A DNA stretch of 64,000 nt from a virus. Of this stretch, positions 31,244 to 41,835 are shown one piece after another. A program made the translations under genes and the position numbers. The DNA lies in IMG/VR virus record IMGVR_UViG_3300042937_000216, positions 1 through 64,000 of that record; one strand, 5' to 3'. Below the pieces are notes generated by a model, which was not told where the DNA came from, ran no database searches, and saw only the letters and a list, made by a program, of their open reading frames with translations. Each line of letters begins with the position of its first letter. Within the stretch, counting starts at the first letter, position 1.

Positions 31244-32229
31244 CCTTAAGCATTGGCACACTTGATCGTAAGATATGGAGCAAGGATCTAATCCTAGTCT
31301 ACCTATACCACTGCCTTACCAACAACAAACGAGCAACAATAGACATGTTGCCTGAAGGGTCTTGTGCTATTGGATTAGGATTGTATGAATTATTAGATCA
31401 GTTCTGTGATACTACCGGATACCCTAAATCTAACGTTACAATTAAAACAGCTAATATGTTAGAGCAACATAGCGAATATCGAATAATACGTGATGCTAAC
31501 AGCTGGTATGAGATTAGCAGCATACAGGAATGGTTGTCTAATAGAACTATATCAACCGGCACTACTCCATCCAAACACTTTGCTAACTTTTCTAGTAGAA
31601 CAAACTGGTCAAGACTATGGATAGCAACTATATTAGATACCTATTACTCAGATAAAACATTACAAACATACTTGTACGACCAAACAACTAACAATTATAA
31701 TCCTAAATTATACACAGGAATAGATGATTTGATTAGACAGGGCTGTGATATGTATATAGAAGCAGCTAAGTTTATTGGTACATGCCCACGTACACTAGAT
31801 ATGCCTCAGATTTTAGAGCCTATACAACATCCGGAAAATTTAAAATTATTAGATTACTATCACGACATATTCTTAGATGTTGTGGTTGAACCCAATGTTC
31901 ACGGCAATTGTTTATTAGTAACAGAAAAGTTGTGGCGCTGTATAATAGCACGCAGACCTTTTATAGTAATGAGCAATAAAGATTATCTAAGTAATTTGCG
32001 AAAATTGGGATTCCGCACATTTGATCAGTTTTGGTCAGAGGAGTACGATAGTTACGCAGAAGCTGATCGTATACGAGCAATACACACACAGCTTGATCTA
32101 ATATCAACATATAAGGTGTCTCAACTAACTGAAATGTTAGATCTTATGAATGATATATTAGAACATAACTATAACACATTTATTGGACTAACAGCTCATA
32201 AAGTTAAACGGGTATTTTACAATGTCTGA
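31240..32229 (+). CDS. Glycosyltransferase-like protein (GT-B, TEK motif)
   Basis: VVVE...VTEKLWR.....RPFIV......LRKLGFRTF...W.EEYD. Confidence 0.55.
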   Translation: MTLSIGTLDRKIWSKDLILVYLYHCLTNNKRATIDMLPEGSCAIGLGLYELLDQFCDTTGYPKSNVTIKTANMLEQHSEYRIIRDANSWYEISSIQEWLSNRTISTGTTPSKHFANFSSRTNWSRLWIATILDTYYSDKTLQTYLYDQTTNNYNPKLYTGIDDLIRQGCDMYIEAAKFIGTCPRTLDMPQILEPIQHPENLKLLDYYHDIFLDVVVEPNVHGNCLLVTEKLWRCIIARRPFIVMSNKDYLSNLRKLGFRTFDQFWSEEYDSYAEADRIRAIHTQLDLISTYKVSQLTEMLDLMNDILEHNYNTFIGLTAHKVKRVFYNV

Positions 32230-33244
32230 TTTAGTTAATTTCTTCTGGCAACAGGTATACAATGTTATTGATCAAAATGATCGATATGAAACTGTATTAG
32301 AATTTGGCGACACACTAGTAATTAACTTTGATTGCCTGTACGAGCGTGAGCGAACACTACGGGCCAATGATCAATTGTTGTATTACCTACACAAAATAGG
32401 GCAAGATAAACGTTTTATTTTTATATCCGAAGATGGTGCTATACTAGAACATTCTGGTGCCATTGATGTAATCAACAATATAATTAAAACGTTTAATTTA
32501 ACTGCTAGCACCTGCGCAGTTATCTGTAGAGAAGAGATAGCAATACCTAATGCCACAGTTGATGTAGTTGATTGTGTACCCTATTGGTGTAAGGTATTGT
32601 ATAGCAGTGTTAAAGGTATCTCTATACCGCAGGGCAATTTTACAAAAAAGTTTGCTGTTTGGTTTAATCGTGGTACTATATTTAGATTAGCTATTACACA
32701 GCACTTGTACGAACACTATTTGAATGACAGTATAATATCCTATCAAGAACAGGGCGTGCTAGTTGATAGAAAAATGACTGATTATAATCAAGAGTTAATT
32801 GCCTGGGCAGAACAGCATACCCCTATAGTCTACGATCAACTGTTTCCTAATAGAACCTACACACACGAACTAATAGTAGGTCAACGCCACCCCTACAATG
32901 AATACTTTATGGAGATTGTTTGTGAAACCGATGTGCTTGGTACTAGTTGGATTACCGAAAAGACAATTAAAAATCTATACATAGGTAAACCTTTTATTGT
33001 CATGAGTGGGGCGGGCACGCTGGCTAAACTACAGTCTTACGGGTTTAAAACATTTGCACCGTGGATAGATGAAAGTTACGATAGTATAGACAATGTCCAT
33101 CTACGACAACAAGCAGTACTAGCAGAAATAGATAGTATAGCAACGCTATCATATGCCGATATTAATAATCTGTACTCCGAAATGAAACCCGTATTAGAGC
33201 ATAATAGGCAAGTATTTTTAGATGTAATACGGGCACAGCAATGA
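32222..33244 (+). CDS. Glycosyltransferase-like protein, paralog of the upstream gene
   Basis: IVCET..ITEKTIK....KPFIV......LQSYGFKTF..WIDESYD. Confidence 0.55.
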   Translation: MSDLVNFFWQQVYNVIDQNDRYETVLEFGDTLVINFDCLYERERTLRANDQLLYYLHKIGQDKRFIFISEDGAILEHSGAIDVINNIIKTFNLTASTCAVICREEIAIPNATVDVVDCVPYWCKVLYSSVKGISIPQGNFTKKFAVWFNRGTIFRLAITQHLYEHYLNDSIISYQEQGVLVDRKMTDYNQELIAWAEQHTPIVYDQLFPNRTYTHELIVGQRHPYNEYFMEIVCETDVLGTSWITEKTIKNLYIGKPFIVMSGAGTLAKLQSYGFKTFAPWIDESYDSIDNVHLRQQAVLAEIDSIATLSYADINNLYSEMKPVLEHNRQVFLDVIRAQQ

Positions 33245-33918
33245 CACAGATACTGCTAGCTGGAGATAGTTGGGGCATAGGCGTATATCAAACTGTGAAT
33301 GGAGTATATACTGCTACAGGGCAAGGAATTCAAACTATATTAGAATCACAGGGATACACTGTGACCAACATCAGTGTTGCTGGAGATGCTAATAATAATA
33401 TAGCACAGCGTATTAAAGGTAACACAGCAGATCATATACTGTTTTTACAAACAGATCCGTTTAGGGAGCATTGTCAACATAAAGATGGGTTTAAGAAACT
33501 AAGACCCGTATTTTTTAAACACTTACTTACATTTGATTCGATTGATCATTGTTTAGATGTATATTACAATAACCTATACACAACGCTAAACAGATTAAAT
33601 AAACCAATTATCTGTTTAGGCGGTTGGAGTAAACTACATCCTAGTATATATAATTACAGCAATTTAATACCGGCTGTTCCTAGTATAACAGAATTGCTAA
33701 TACCTACAGCAACAGATGTGTACTTAAGTGACTTTGAGTGGTTTGCGCAACTTAATGATAATGTAGAAGTTATGCTCAAGTTTGGTACAGAAATTAAACA
33801 AATAATGTTAGAATCTAGCACCAAATTTGACCTTATTAACCAACAGTGGAACGATGTACACCCTAACCTACAGGGTTATATGCTTTTGGTAGAAAAAATT
33901 CGAAAATATCTCTTGTAA
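33241..33918 (+). CDS. SGNH/GDSL hydrolase-like protein
   Basis: AGDSW block I and DVHPN block V. Confidence 0.65.
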   Translation: MTQILLAGDSWGIGVYQTVNGVYTATGQGIQTILESQGYTVTNISVAGDANNNIAQRIKGNTADHILFLQTDPFREHCQHKDGFKKLRPVFFKHLLTFDSIDHCLDVYYNNLYTTLNRLNKPIICLGGWSKLHPSIYNYSNLIPAVPSITELLIPTATDVYLSDFEWFAQLNDNVEVMLKFGTEIKQIMLESSTKFDLINQQWNDVHPNLQGYMLLVEKIRKYLL

Positions 33919-34001
33919 GATAAATAATTATAGCGTATAGTATATAAATGCTTATACGTTTTAGGCATATTAAAGACCAACTTAACATAAAGGAAAACAT
34001 C

Positions 34002-35030
34002 ATGGCAACATCATTAGCAGAAATTCGTGCGAAATTACAAGCACAAGAAACTCGTGGTTCAGGTAATTCACAACAAGGTGGCGACAACGCTATCTACGCT
34101 CACTGGAACATTCCAGAAGGCACTTCGGCAAGAATCAGATTCCTCCCAGACGCAGATCCAAAGAATACATTCTTTTGGGCAGAACGTCTAATGATCAACT
34201 TAACGTTTGCGGGCGTTAAAGGTCAACCAGATAGTAAACCAGTTACAGTACAAGTACCATGCGTGGAAATGTACGGTGACCAATGTCCAGTACTAGCAGA
34301 AGTGCGTACATGGTTTAAGGATCCAAGTTTAGAAGAAATGGGTCGTAAGTATTGGAAAAAGAAATCATATTTGTTCCAAGGCTTTGTACGTGACAATCCA
34401 CTAGCTGATGATAACACGCCAGCTAACCCAATCCGTAGATTTATTATTAGTCCACAGATTTTTAACTTAGTTAAGTCAGCACTACTTGACCCTGAGTTAG
34501 AAAACTTGCCAACAGACTACCAAGGTGGCCTAGACTTTACAGTGTCTAAAACATCAAAAGGTGGTTATGCTGACTATAGTACTAGTAAATGGTCACGTAA
34601 AGAAAGTGCGCTAACCTCAGAAGAAGCAACAGCAATTGACACTAACGGTCTTCACAACCTAAGTGATTTCTTACCTAAGAAACCAAGTGATGCTGAGTTA
34701 AAAGTCATTAAAGAAATGTTTGAAGCATCAGTTGATGGTCAAGCATACGACACAGAACGTTGGGGTGCTTACTATCGTCCACGTGGGGTTGCAGCTCCAT
34801 CAGGTTCAGCAACTTCAGCAGCTCCGGTAGGTGATCGCGCAGTTGTTAGTGAACATGTTGAAAGTACTCCGGTAGCACAACCTGCTGCTGTAGTAGCTCC
34901 GATAGCCGAAAATCCTCCATTTGAAGCAGACGAACCAACACCAACAGCACCAGTAGCTACTCCAGCCGCTGGCGGCCAACGTGCTGAAGACATCCTAGCG
35001 ATGATCCGTAGTCGTCAAAACAAAGCGTAA
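34002..35030 (+). CDS. gp32: Single-stranded DNA-binding protein (T4 gp32-like)
   Basis: IRFLPD, CPV, DYSTSKW motifs; AAGGA RBS before the ATG at 34002. Confidence 0.85.
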   Translation: MATSLAEIRAKLQAQETRGSGNSQQGGDNAIYAHWNIPEGTSARIRFLPDADPKNTFFWAERLMINLTFAGVKGQPDSKPVTVQVPCVEMYGDQCPVLAEVRTWFKDPSLEEMGRKYWKKKSYLFQGFVRDNPLADDNTPANPIRRFIISPQIFNLVKSALLDPELENLPTDYQGGLDFTVSKTSKGGYADYSTSKWSRKESALTSEEATAIDTNGLHNLSDFLPKKPSDAELKVIKEMFEASVDGQAYDTERWGAYYRPRGVAAPSGSATSAAPVGDRAVVSEHVESTPVAQPAAVVAPIAENPPFEADEPTPTAPVATPAAGGQRAEDILAMIRSRQNKA

Positions 35031-35044
35031 TAGTTAAACACGCA

Positions 35045-35065
35045 GGGCGGGGTATATCCCCGCCC
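35045..35065 (+). terminator. GC-rich hairpin between gp32 and uvsX
   Basis: gggcgggg/ccccgccc; U-tract is weak. Confidence 0.45.
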
Positions 35066-35087
35066 ATTACTTCAATAAGGATTAATC

Positions 35088-36164
35088 ATGGCAAAACCAT
35101 TCGACATTAGTAAATTTCGCAAGTCGATTACCAAGTCAATTGAAGGCTTAGGTATTGGCTTTAACGATCCAACCGATTGGATCTCAACTGGTAACTACAC
35201 ATTAAACTATCTATTAAGTGGAGACTTTCACAAAGGTATTCCAATGGGTAAGGTAACTGTATTCGCCGGTGAATCGGGCGCAGGTAAATCATTTATCTGT
35301 AGTGGTAACATTGTTAAAAACGCACAAGATCAAGGCATTTATGTAATCTTAATTGATACAGAAAACGCACTTGACGAAGCATGGTTACACGCATTAGGTG
35401 TAGACACAGATGAAAGCAAACTACTTAAACTTAATATGGCTATGATCGATGATGTGGCTAAAGTTATCAGTGACTTTGTTAAAGAATATCGTACCTTACC
35501 AGAAGAAGATCGTCCTAAGGTATTGTTTGTACTAGACAGTTTGGGTATGATGTTAACTCCAACAGACGTTAACCAGTTTGAAGCCGGTGAAATGAAAGGT
35601 GATATGGGTCGTAAACCTAAAGCACTTACAGCACTTGTACGTAACTGTGTAAACATGTTTGGTACATTGAACTTAGGTCTAGTAGCAACTAACCATACCT
35701 ACGCTAGTCAAGATATGTTTGACCCAGATGATAAGATTTCAGGTGGTCAAGGCTTTATCTACGCATCAAGTATTGTAGTAGCTATGCGCAAACTTAAACT
35801 TAAAACAGATGCTGATGGTAATAAGACTACAACAGTTAACGGTATCCGTGCCGCTTGTAAGATTATGAAAACACGTTATGCTAAACCGTTTGAGTCAGTA
35901 CAAGTAGAGATTCCATATGAAACAGGTATGAGTCCTTACTCGGGTATGGTAGATATGTTAGAAGCTAAGAGCTTGTTATCAAAAGAAGGTAACAGTCTAG
36001 TCTACAAACTTGCTGATGGCACTGTTATTAAACAATTCCGTAAAGCATGGGAACGTAACGAAGATGGTAGTTTAGATAAAGTTATGAAAGAAATTTCATC
36101 CAACTCTCATTTGCTAAGTACAAATGAAATAACAGAAGAAGCTGACGCCGAATCTGTTGAATAA
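35088..36164 (+). CDS. uvsX: RecA-like recombinase UvsX
   Basis: AGESGAGKS, IDTENA, VLDSLG, SGGQGFIYASS. Confidence 0.95.
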   Translation: MAKPFDISKFRKSITKSIEGLGIGFNDPTDWISTGNYTLNYLLSGDFHKGIPMGKVTVFAGESGAGKSFICSGNIVKNAQDQGIYVILIDTENALDEAWLHALGVDTDESKLLKLNMAMIDDVAKVISDFVKEYRTLPEEDRPKVLFVLDSLGMMLTPTDVNQFEAGEMKGDMGRKPKALTALVRNCVNMFGTLNLGLVATNHTYASQDMFDPDDKISGGQGFIYASSIVVAMRKLKLKTDADGNKTTTVNGIRAACKIMKTRYAKPFESVQVEIPYETGMSPYSGMVDMLEAKSLLSKEGNSLVYKLADGTVIKQFRKAWERNEDGSLDKVMKEISSNSHLLSTNEITEEADAESVE

Positions 36165-36176
36165 TTTTACTTAACT

Positions 36177-36710
36177 ATGACTGATGACAATCTATCTCTA
36201 GTGTTTAGTGCCAGCCAATACAACGGTTGGCCTAAACTTAAATTTTATCTTGACGATGACCTGTACGAGGATTATACCTTTACAGGGCCATCGGCTAGGG
36301 TAGATATCCCTTTGGTTCTTGTTGATGGCGAACATGAACTAACCATAGAATTATACGATAAAACTCACAACAACACAAAAGTCGTTGATGATCAAATCAT
36401 TGAAGACCAAATAGTAACCTTAGAGCAGATACAAATTGGTGGAGTAGCTGTTCCCGATTTTGTTAAATACTCTGGCGTGTACTATACTAAAGAACAAACA
36501 TACCCAAACGGATTAACGTGGGGTATCAACGGAGAATGGCGAGTAAAGTTTAAGATGCCATTTATCAGCTGGATATTAGAAGAAAAGAATAAATTTAATT
36601 CAGCAGTGTATGATGCTAAAGAAACACTTGTTGGCGACTACAACGAATCAAAAAAACAAACGCTTATTTACTACCTAAAACAGTTAGAGGAAATGTTGGC
36701 CAGTGAGTAA
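36177..36710 (+). CDS. Hypothetical protein
   Basis: 177-aa ORF overlapping the downstream radical SAM gene. Confidence 0.6.
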   Translation: MTDDNLSLVFSASQYNGWPKLKFYLDDDLYEDYTFTGPSARVDIPLVLVDGEHELTIELYDKTHNNTKVVDDQIIEDQIVTLEQIQIGGVAVPDFVKYSGVYYTKEQTYPNGLTWGINGEWRVKFKMPFISWILEEKNKFNSAVYDAKETLVGDYNESKKQTLIYYLKQLEEMLASE

Positions 36711-38265
36711 TTACAAACGAATAGCTGTACTATCAACAGGACTATTAAGTGTAGATCGCCCACCTGCGTCTAGCGCATTTCTAGCAGGCATTTGTGAAAA
36801 ACTTGACATAGAGTATGATATCTTTGACTTTAATATCATTGTAAAGAACGCTCTAGGCATTAGTCTATGGGAAAGACTGTTTGTAGTTCCCGTTGAAGGT
36901 GACCATTTTGTAACCATTGACCCTGAGTTATTAGCACAGGTTAAACAGGCTATATCAGCAGGTGTAGACAAACTCATAGCATACAATCCGGACCTTATTG
37001 CTGTTTCAGTCTTGAGCTTTATACAACATCCTTACGCAAAGCTAGTCACACAAGCTATACGTGAAAAAATGACCACAACTATCATTGCTGGCGGCCCGGG
37101 CATAGGATATCAAACAGAGCCTAACGTTACTATGGGCAAGCAGTTAATGGACCAAGGGTTACTTGACTACTATGTATTAGGTGAAGGTGACTATATATTT
37201 GAGGCATTCCTTAAAGGACAGCACGAACTAGGATTAAACGTTAAAGGAGCCAAATGGGAAAATTGGGTTCCGCAGATTGACAATCTAGATGGTCTTACAT
37301 TTCCTAGCTATAAAAAAGTTAAGTTTAGAGAATATATTAGTTCAGCTAATGACACAGGAACACCCATTGCTAGTATAACCGGCAGTAGAGGCTGTGTGCG
37401 CAGATGTACATTCTGTGACGTAGGTAATATTTGGAAGAAGTTTAGATTCCGTAGTGGCGACAACATTAGTCAAGAGCTACTACATCACTATCAACAAACA
37501 GGTATCCTAACATATCATTTTACTGATAGTTTAATCAACGGCTCGTTGAAACAGTTCATCGATCTACTAAAGAACATTATACAACTACAAGAACAATACC
37601 CAGAGTTTAAACAGTTAAAGTTTAGCGGGCAATTTATTGTGCGCCCAATCAAGCATCATCCAGAATATCTATACGAACTAATGCAGCAAGCCGGCTGTCA
37701 TCGATTAGAAGTAGGTATCGAATCGGGTAGTGATAGAGTGCGTGAGCACATGGGTAAGAAGTTTAGCAATGAAGACATAGACTATCACTATGCTATGTGT
37801 TCTAAATATAAAATTACAAATTCTTTATTAATGTTCACTGGTTACCCAACAGAAACATTAGAAGATCATCACGATACATTGAATATGCTTAGACGCTATC
37901 AAAAATATCTAATAGATGAAACAATCACCATGCTGGTATTATCAGAACCGATGGTATACTTACGTAATACTCCATTGGCTGAAACAGGCATGCAGGAAGA
38001 ATTAGGCATTCATTTGTTTAATAATGAGTATGGAAATACTCTATGGACATCAGACACTAATCCGGGACTAACTAATCACGAGAAGTATCGTAGATTTTTA
38101 GAAACAAATAGGTTAAGTGTAGAACTTGGATATCCTCGTTCGTTTGATGTAATACAACGACTACTGGATCATATCAGAGAAATGGTTCATTTTAAGAGTT
38201 CAAATTTAGAAGTTAAAGAAAAGTTTGATAATTTAATAGCTAATATGCTAACAGAAGGAGTGTAA
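36703..38265 (+). CDS. Cobalamin-binding-type radical SAM protein
   Basis: N-terminal B12-fold (IIAGGP, GEGD), SRGCVRRCTFC, GIESGS, GYPTET. Confidence 0.85.
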   Translation: MSNYKRIAVLSTGLLSVDRPPASSAFLAGICEKLDIEYDIFDFNIIVKNALGISLWERLFVVPVEGDHFVTIDPELLAQVKQAISAGVDKLIAYNPDLIAVSVLSFIQHPYAKLVTQAIREKMTTTIIAGGPGIGYQTEPNVTMGKQLMDQGLLDYYVLGEGDYIFEAFLKGQHELGLNVKGAKWENWVPQIDNLDGLTFPSYKKVKFREYISSANDTGTPIASITGSRGCVRRCTFCDVGNIWKKFRFRSGDNISQELLHHYQQTGILTYHFTDSLINGSLKQFIDLLKNIIQLQEQYPEFKQLKFSGQFIVRPIKHHPEYLYELMQQAGCHRLEVGIESGSDRVREHMGKKFSNEDIDYHYAMCSKYKITNSLLMFTGYPTETLEDHHDTLNMLRRYQKYLIDETITMLVLSEPMVYLRNTPLAETGMQEELGIHLFNNEYGNTLWTSDTNPGLTNHEKYRRFLETNRLSVELGYPRSFDVIQRLLDHIREMVHFKSSNLEVKEKFDNLIANMLTEGV

Positions 38266-38269
38266 TAAA

Positions 38270-38515
38270 ATGAGTTTAGAAGTAGATATCCTAGGCGAAA
38301 TGTGGTTAACCTGTAAAGAGTATATTAACCCTAAAGATAAACAAGCAGCCGCAGACCATGTGATCAGTGTTGTCGCTGACCATAGCATTACCGAAGCCGA
38401 TCTCAAATCATTTGGTGGTACTGACAGCTATCTTAAACGTGCTGTAGAAGAATATCTAGGCGAAGAAGAAGATCTTGATGAAGAAGAAGATCTCGACGGC
38501 AGTGACGACTATTAA
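38270..38515 (+). CDS. Small acidic hypothetical protein
   Basis: GAAGGAG RBS; D/E-rich tail. Confidence 0.65.
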   Translation: MSLEVDILGEMWLTCKEYINPKDKQAAADHVISVVADHSITEADLKSFGGTDSYLKRAVEEYLGEEEDLDEEEDLDGSDDY

Positions 38516-39777
38516 TGTCTGATAAAAAGTTTTTCCCTATACATACAGCTACAGCCTGCCGCTTAAAGTGGTCTTGGTCTACACTGTATTTAAATAATGG
38601 AAAAACTGCTAGTTGTCATCGTGCTAGTTTCTCAAAATTAACAGCAGACACGTTTGGTAATTTTCACAACACAGACGAAAAGGTCAAGGCTAGAGAATTA
38701 ATGCTAGAAGGCCAATGGCCCGGCGATGGGTGTGAGCACTGTCGTGATATAGAACAGCATAGTAATCTTAGCGACAGACTATTTCAAAATACTGTGCCCA
38801 ATGAGTATCCACTAGAACTTGATGTTGACTCTACACTAACCCAAGTTGATCCCAGCGTACTTGAAATTTTTTTTAAGAATACCTGTAATTTGGCCTGTTT
38901 ATACTGTGAAGAATCTTTAAGTTCGCGCATTGCCACAGAGAACAGGATACATGGTAAACTAGTGCCCACAGTAGGAATACCTGCTACGGGGTTATACCAT
39001 CCAGACGATAGCGACAACAAATACAATGAATTTGTAGAGTTGTTTTGGCAGTGGTTAGACACAGGATACAGCAAACTACAGCGTATAAACATACTTGGTG
39101 GTGAGCCGTTTATTCAAGATGATCTAGATAGGCTGTTTGATTATATAGAACAACACCCTAATCCCAAGTTAGAAGTTAGTATTATCAGCAATCTGATACT
39201 CAAAACAACCAAGTTAGAACAGTTTTGTGCTAGGGTAAAACAGATGATTGCCCAGGGCAAACTCAAACAGGTTAAGATATTAGCCAGTGTAGACTGTTGG
39301 GGCCAAGAACAAGAGTATATTAGACACGGTTTCGATTGCGATATTTTTGAAAAGAATGTACAATACTTACTAACACAGAAATATTTACATTTAAGTATAT
39401 TGAGTGTGATTACTTCTTTGAGTATTAATACTTTGCCTATGCTAGCAGGTAAATTTGTTGAGTGGAATAAGCATAGACCTATACATTGGTATGTGAACAA
39501 TTTACTGCCCTTTGAAGATAACGTGTTGCGAGCAACTATATTTGACTACACACTATTCAAACAGGCAATAGAAGAAACAGTAAAGTTAATGCCTGCTAGT
39601 GCTAGCGATACATTTTTAGGTATTGTTAAACATATAGAACAAGCAACAGAAGATTTACCGACACAGCATAAACTATTAGAATACTTAACTGAAATTGATC
39701 GTAGAAGAAATTTAGATTGGAAACAAACATTCCCTTGGTTACTGGAAGAATTTAAACGATGTGGTATAATAAAGTAG
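38515..39777 (+). CDS. Radical SAM protein with N-terminal SPASM/Twitch-like Cys cluster
   Basis: CRLKW..SCHR..CEHC followed by CNLACLYC and GGEPF. Confidence 0.8.
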   Translation: MSDKKFFPIHTATACRLKWSWSTLYLNNGKTASCHRASFSKLTADTFGNFHNTDEKVKARELMLEGQWPGDGCEHCRDIEQHSNLSDRLFQNTVPNEYPLELDVDSTLTQVDPSVLEIFFKNTCNLACLYCEESLSSRIATENRIHGKLVPTVGIPATGLYHPDDSDNKYNEFVELFWQWLDTGYSKLQRINILGGEPFIQDDLDRLFDYIEQHPNPKLEVSIISNLILKTTKLEQFCARVKQMIAQGKLKQVKILASVDCWGQEQEYIRHGFDCDIFEKNVQYLLTQKYLHLSILSVITSLSINTLPMLAGKFVEWNKHRPIHWYVNNLLPFEDNVLRATIFDYTLFKQAIEETVKLMPASASDTFLGIVKHIEQATEDLPTQHKLLEYLTEIDRRRNLDWKQTFPWLLEEFKRCGIIK

Positions 39778-40214
39778 TACAAAATATAGGCGCACTACCG
39801 GACTTCATTGATTACTACACTAATGAGTTAGCTGTAGCTAAAAAAGAAGTAGGTGTCTACGGCAATATTGAAAAGAACTTGGCAGCCTTGCCGGGTATTA
39901 CAGAGCAACGCTTTAATCAACTACAAGAGATTGAAGCAGTACTTAACCTATTAAACATTCGCTTACGAAAGATCCGCAAAGAACACTTTAAAAAATACTT
40001 AGAAGCCTACAATCGTGCGCTTACATCACGTGATGCTGAAAAGTATGTGGATGGCGAGGACGAAGTCATTGATATGGAAACTATCATTAATGAAGTAGCT
40101 CTACTACGTAACAAATGGCTGGGTATTATGAAAGGTCTAGAAAGCAAAAACTTTATGCTAGGGCATGTAACTAGATTACGTACTGCTGGTATGGAGGACG
40201 CATCAATTGGCTAG
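39759..40214 (+). CDS. uvsY: Recombination mediator UvsY
   Basis: YNRALTSRDAEKYVDGE, KGLESK.F.L motifs; near uvsX and gp32. Confidence 0.75.
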   Translation: MWYNKVVQNIGALPDFIDYYTNELAVAKKEVGVYGNIEKNLAALPGITEQRFNQLQEIEAVLNLLNIRLRKIRKEHFKKYLEAYNRALTSRDAEKYVDGEDEVIDMETIINEVALLRNKWLGIMKGLESKNFMLGHVTRLRTAGMEDASIG

Positions 40215-41106
40215 ACACAGTGAGATGATATTAAACTGCCTACGTGAGTATGATAGTTTTTTAGATAGTTTGAAGTTTATCGCAGATCTAGGCTGTGGTA
40301 CCGGTGAAGATATCACTTGGTGGGCTACGTTAGAAACACGTGACGATCGTCCAGAGCCCTATAACTATACCTGTTGGGCTATTGATAACGACCCTGCCAA
40401 ATTGGCTAATATCCCTAATTTACCAAACCTACACAAATTAACAGGCGACTTTACCAAACGATGTTTACCGCGCGAAGCTGATTTAATATTTGCTCACGAT
40501 GTATTACAATACAGCACTAATCCGTTAGAAACATTAAAACTGTGGAACGAACAGATGAACGTTAACGGCATGCTGGTATTAAGCGTGCCAACAGCCAGCG
40601 GTGTTGAATACAACAAATACTACAGTAGAAGCCACAGTGGTTGTTATTACAATCACACACCGGCTTCATTGATCTATATGCTGGCCGTAAATGGGTTTGA
40701 CACCCGCGATGCTTATATGTTGAAAAAGTTTAACGATCCGTGGATCAACATTGCGGTATACAAGTCAGATGTTAAACCGATGGATCCTGCTACCACTAGT
40801 TGGTTTGATCTAATGAACACAGGACTGCTACATCCAAGTGTGATTAACAGTCTTAATAAATTTGGCCATGTACGCCAAGAAGAATTATTGTATCCTTGGT
40901 TGGATAAAGAAAACTATTACATAGATTGGATTCCACAATGGACCGAAGTGCCAGCAGAAGCTGTACACAGCGAAACTGGTATAGTCAACACTGTAGTAGC
41001 GTCTGACAAGACTACTGTAGAGCAAGCACCGGCAGTAACTAAAAATACCAAACAGATGAAGTCTATGGGCGTACTCAGAGCTGCCAAGGGGCGGTATGTT
41101 AAATAA
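40207..41106 (+). CDS. SAM-dependent methyltransferase
   Basis: ADLGCGTG motif I. Confidence 0.75.
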   Translation: MARHSEMILNCLREYDSFLDSLKFIADLGCGTGEDITWWATLETRDDRPEPYNYTCWAIDNDPAKLANIPNLPNLHKLTGDFTKRCLPREADLIFAHDVLQYSTNPLETLKLWNEQMNVNGMLVLSVPTASGVEYNKYYSRSHSGCYYNHTPASLIYMLAVNGFDTRDAYMLKKFNDPWINIAVYKSDVKPMDPATTSWFDLMNTGLLHPSVINSLNKFGHVRQEELLYPWLDKENYYIDWIPQWTEVPAEAVHSETGIVNTVVASDKTTVEQAPAVTKNTKQMKSMGVLRAAKGRYVK

Positions 41107-41152
41107 GGTTGTTCTTGTTACAGGTGGATTTGACCCTAAGTTAGATAAATAA
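41096..41152 (+). pseudogene. Orphaned 5' end of the cytidylyltransferase gene (MLNKVVLVTGGFDP-KLDK*)
   Basis: Duplicates the N-terminus found at 41832 and is cut off at the HNH insertion. Confidence 0.75.
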
Positions 41153-41835
41153 ACATATAAGGAAATTATATGTTTATCGAAAACAAATATACATTATTGT
41201 ATTATAAAATTATTAAAAATAGAAAATTAAATCCATTAACTGGGTATATAGAAAAACATCATATTATTCCTAAGAGTATGGGCGGATCAAACAAAAACGA
41301 AAATTTAGTTAAACTATCTGCCAGGGAACATTTTATTTGCCATAGGTTATTGGTTAAGATGACAGAAGGACACAACAAAGTAAAAATGTCTTATGCTATA
41401 AGAACTATGATGAACAGAGAAAATCAATACCAACAGAGATATAAAATATCATCTAAAATTTATGAATCTATAATAGAAGAAACAAAAGCTACTATAGGTA
41501 ATAACCTAAAAGGCAGCAACAATCCATATTACGGAAAAAAACATTCCGAAGAAGTACGGCAAAAAATGAGAGAAAAACGAGCCTTACAGATTATGCCTGC
41601 CCGGAAAGGTAAAGTATATTCTGAAGAAACGTTATCTCGTTGGCGCGAAGCTAACAAAAAACAATTTACTGACCTTCATCAGATAGAGATACGTAGAACG
41701 AAGTGTAACAAAATACAAGGTATGAAAATTTATCATAATTCAGAAGGTAAAACAAAATACTACATCGAGGAAACTCAACCCAGCGGATGGGTTAAAGGCC
41801 GAGTTACAACAACAAAAGGGGGTGGTAATCAATGA
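41138..41835 (+). mobile_element. Free-standing HNH/NUMOD3 homing endonuclease insertion (ORF 41170-41835)
   Basis: EKHHIIPKSMGGSN...NLV.LSAREHFICHRLL and NPYYGKKHSEE. Has its own GATAAATA late promoter and AAGGA RBS; AT-rich. Confidence 0.85.
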
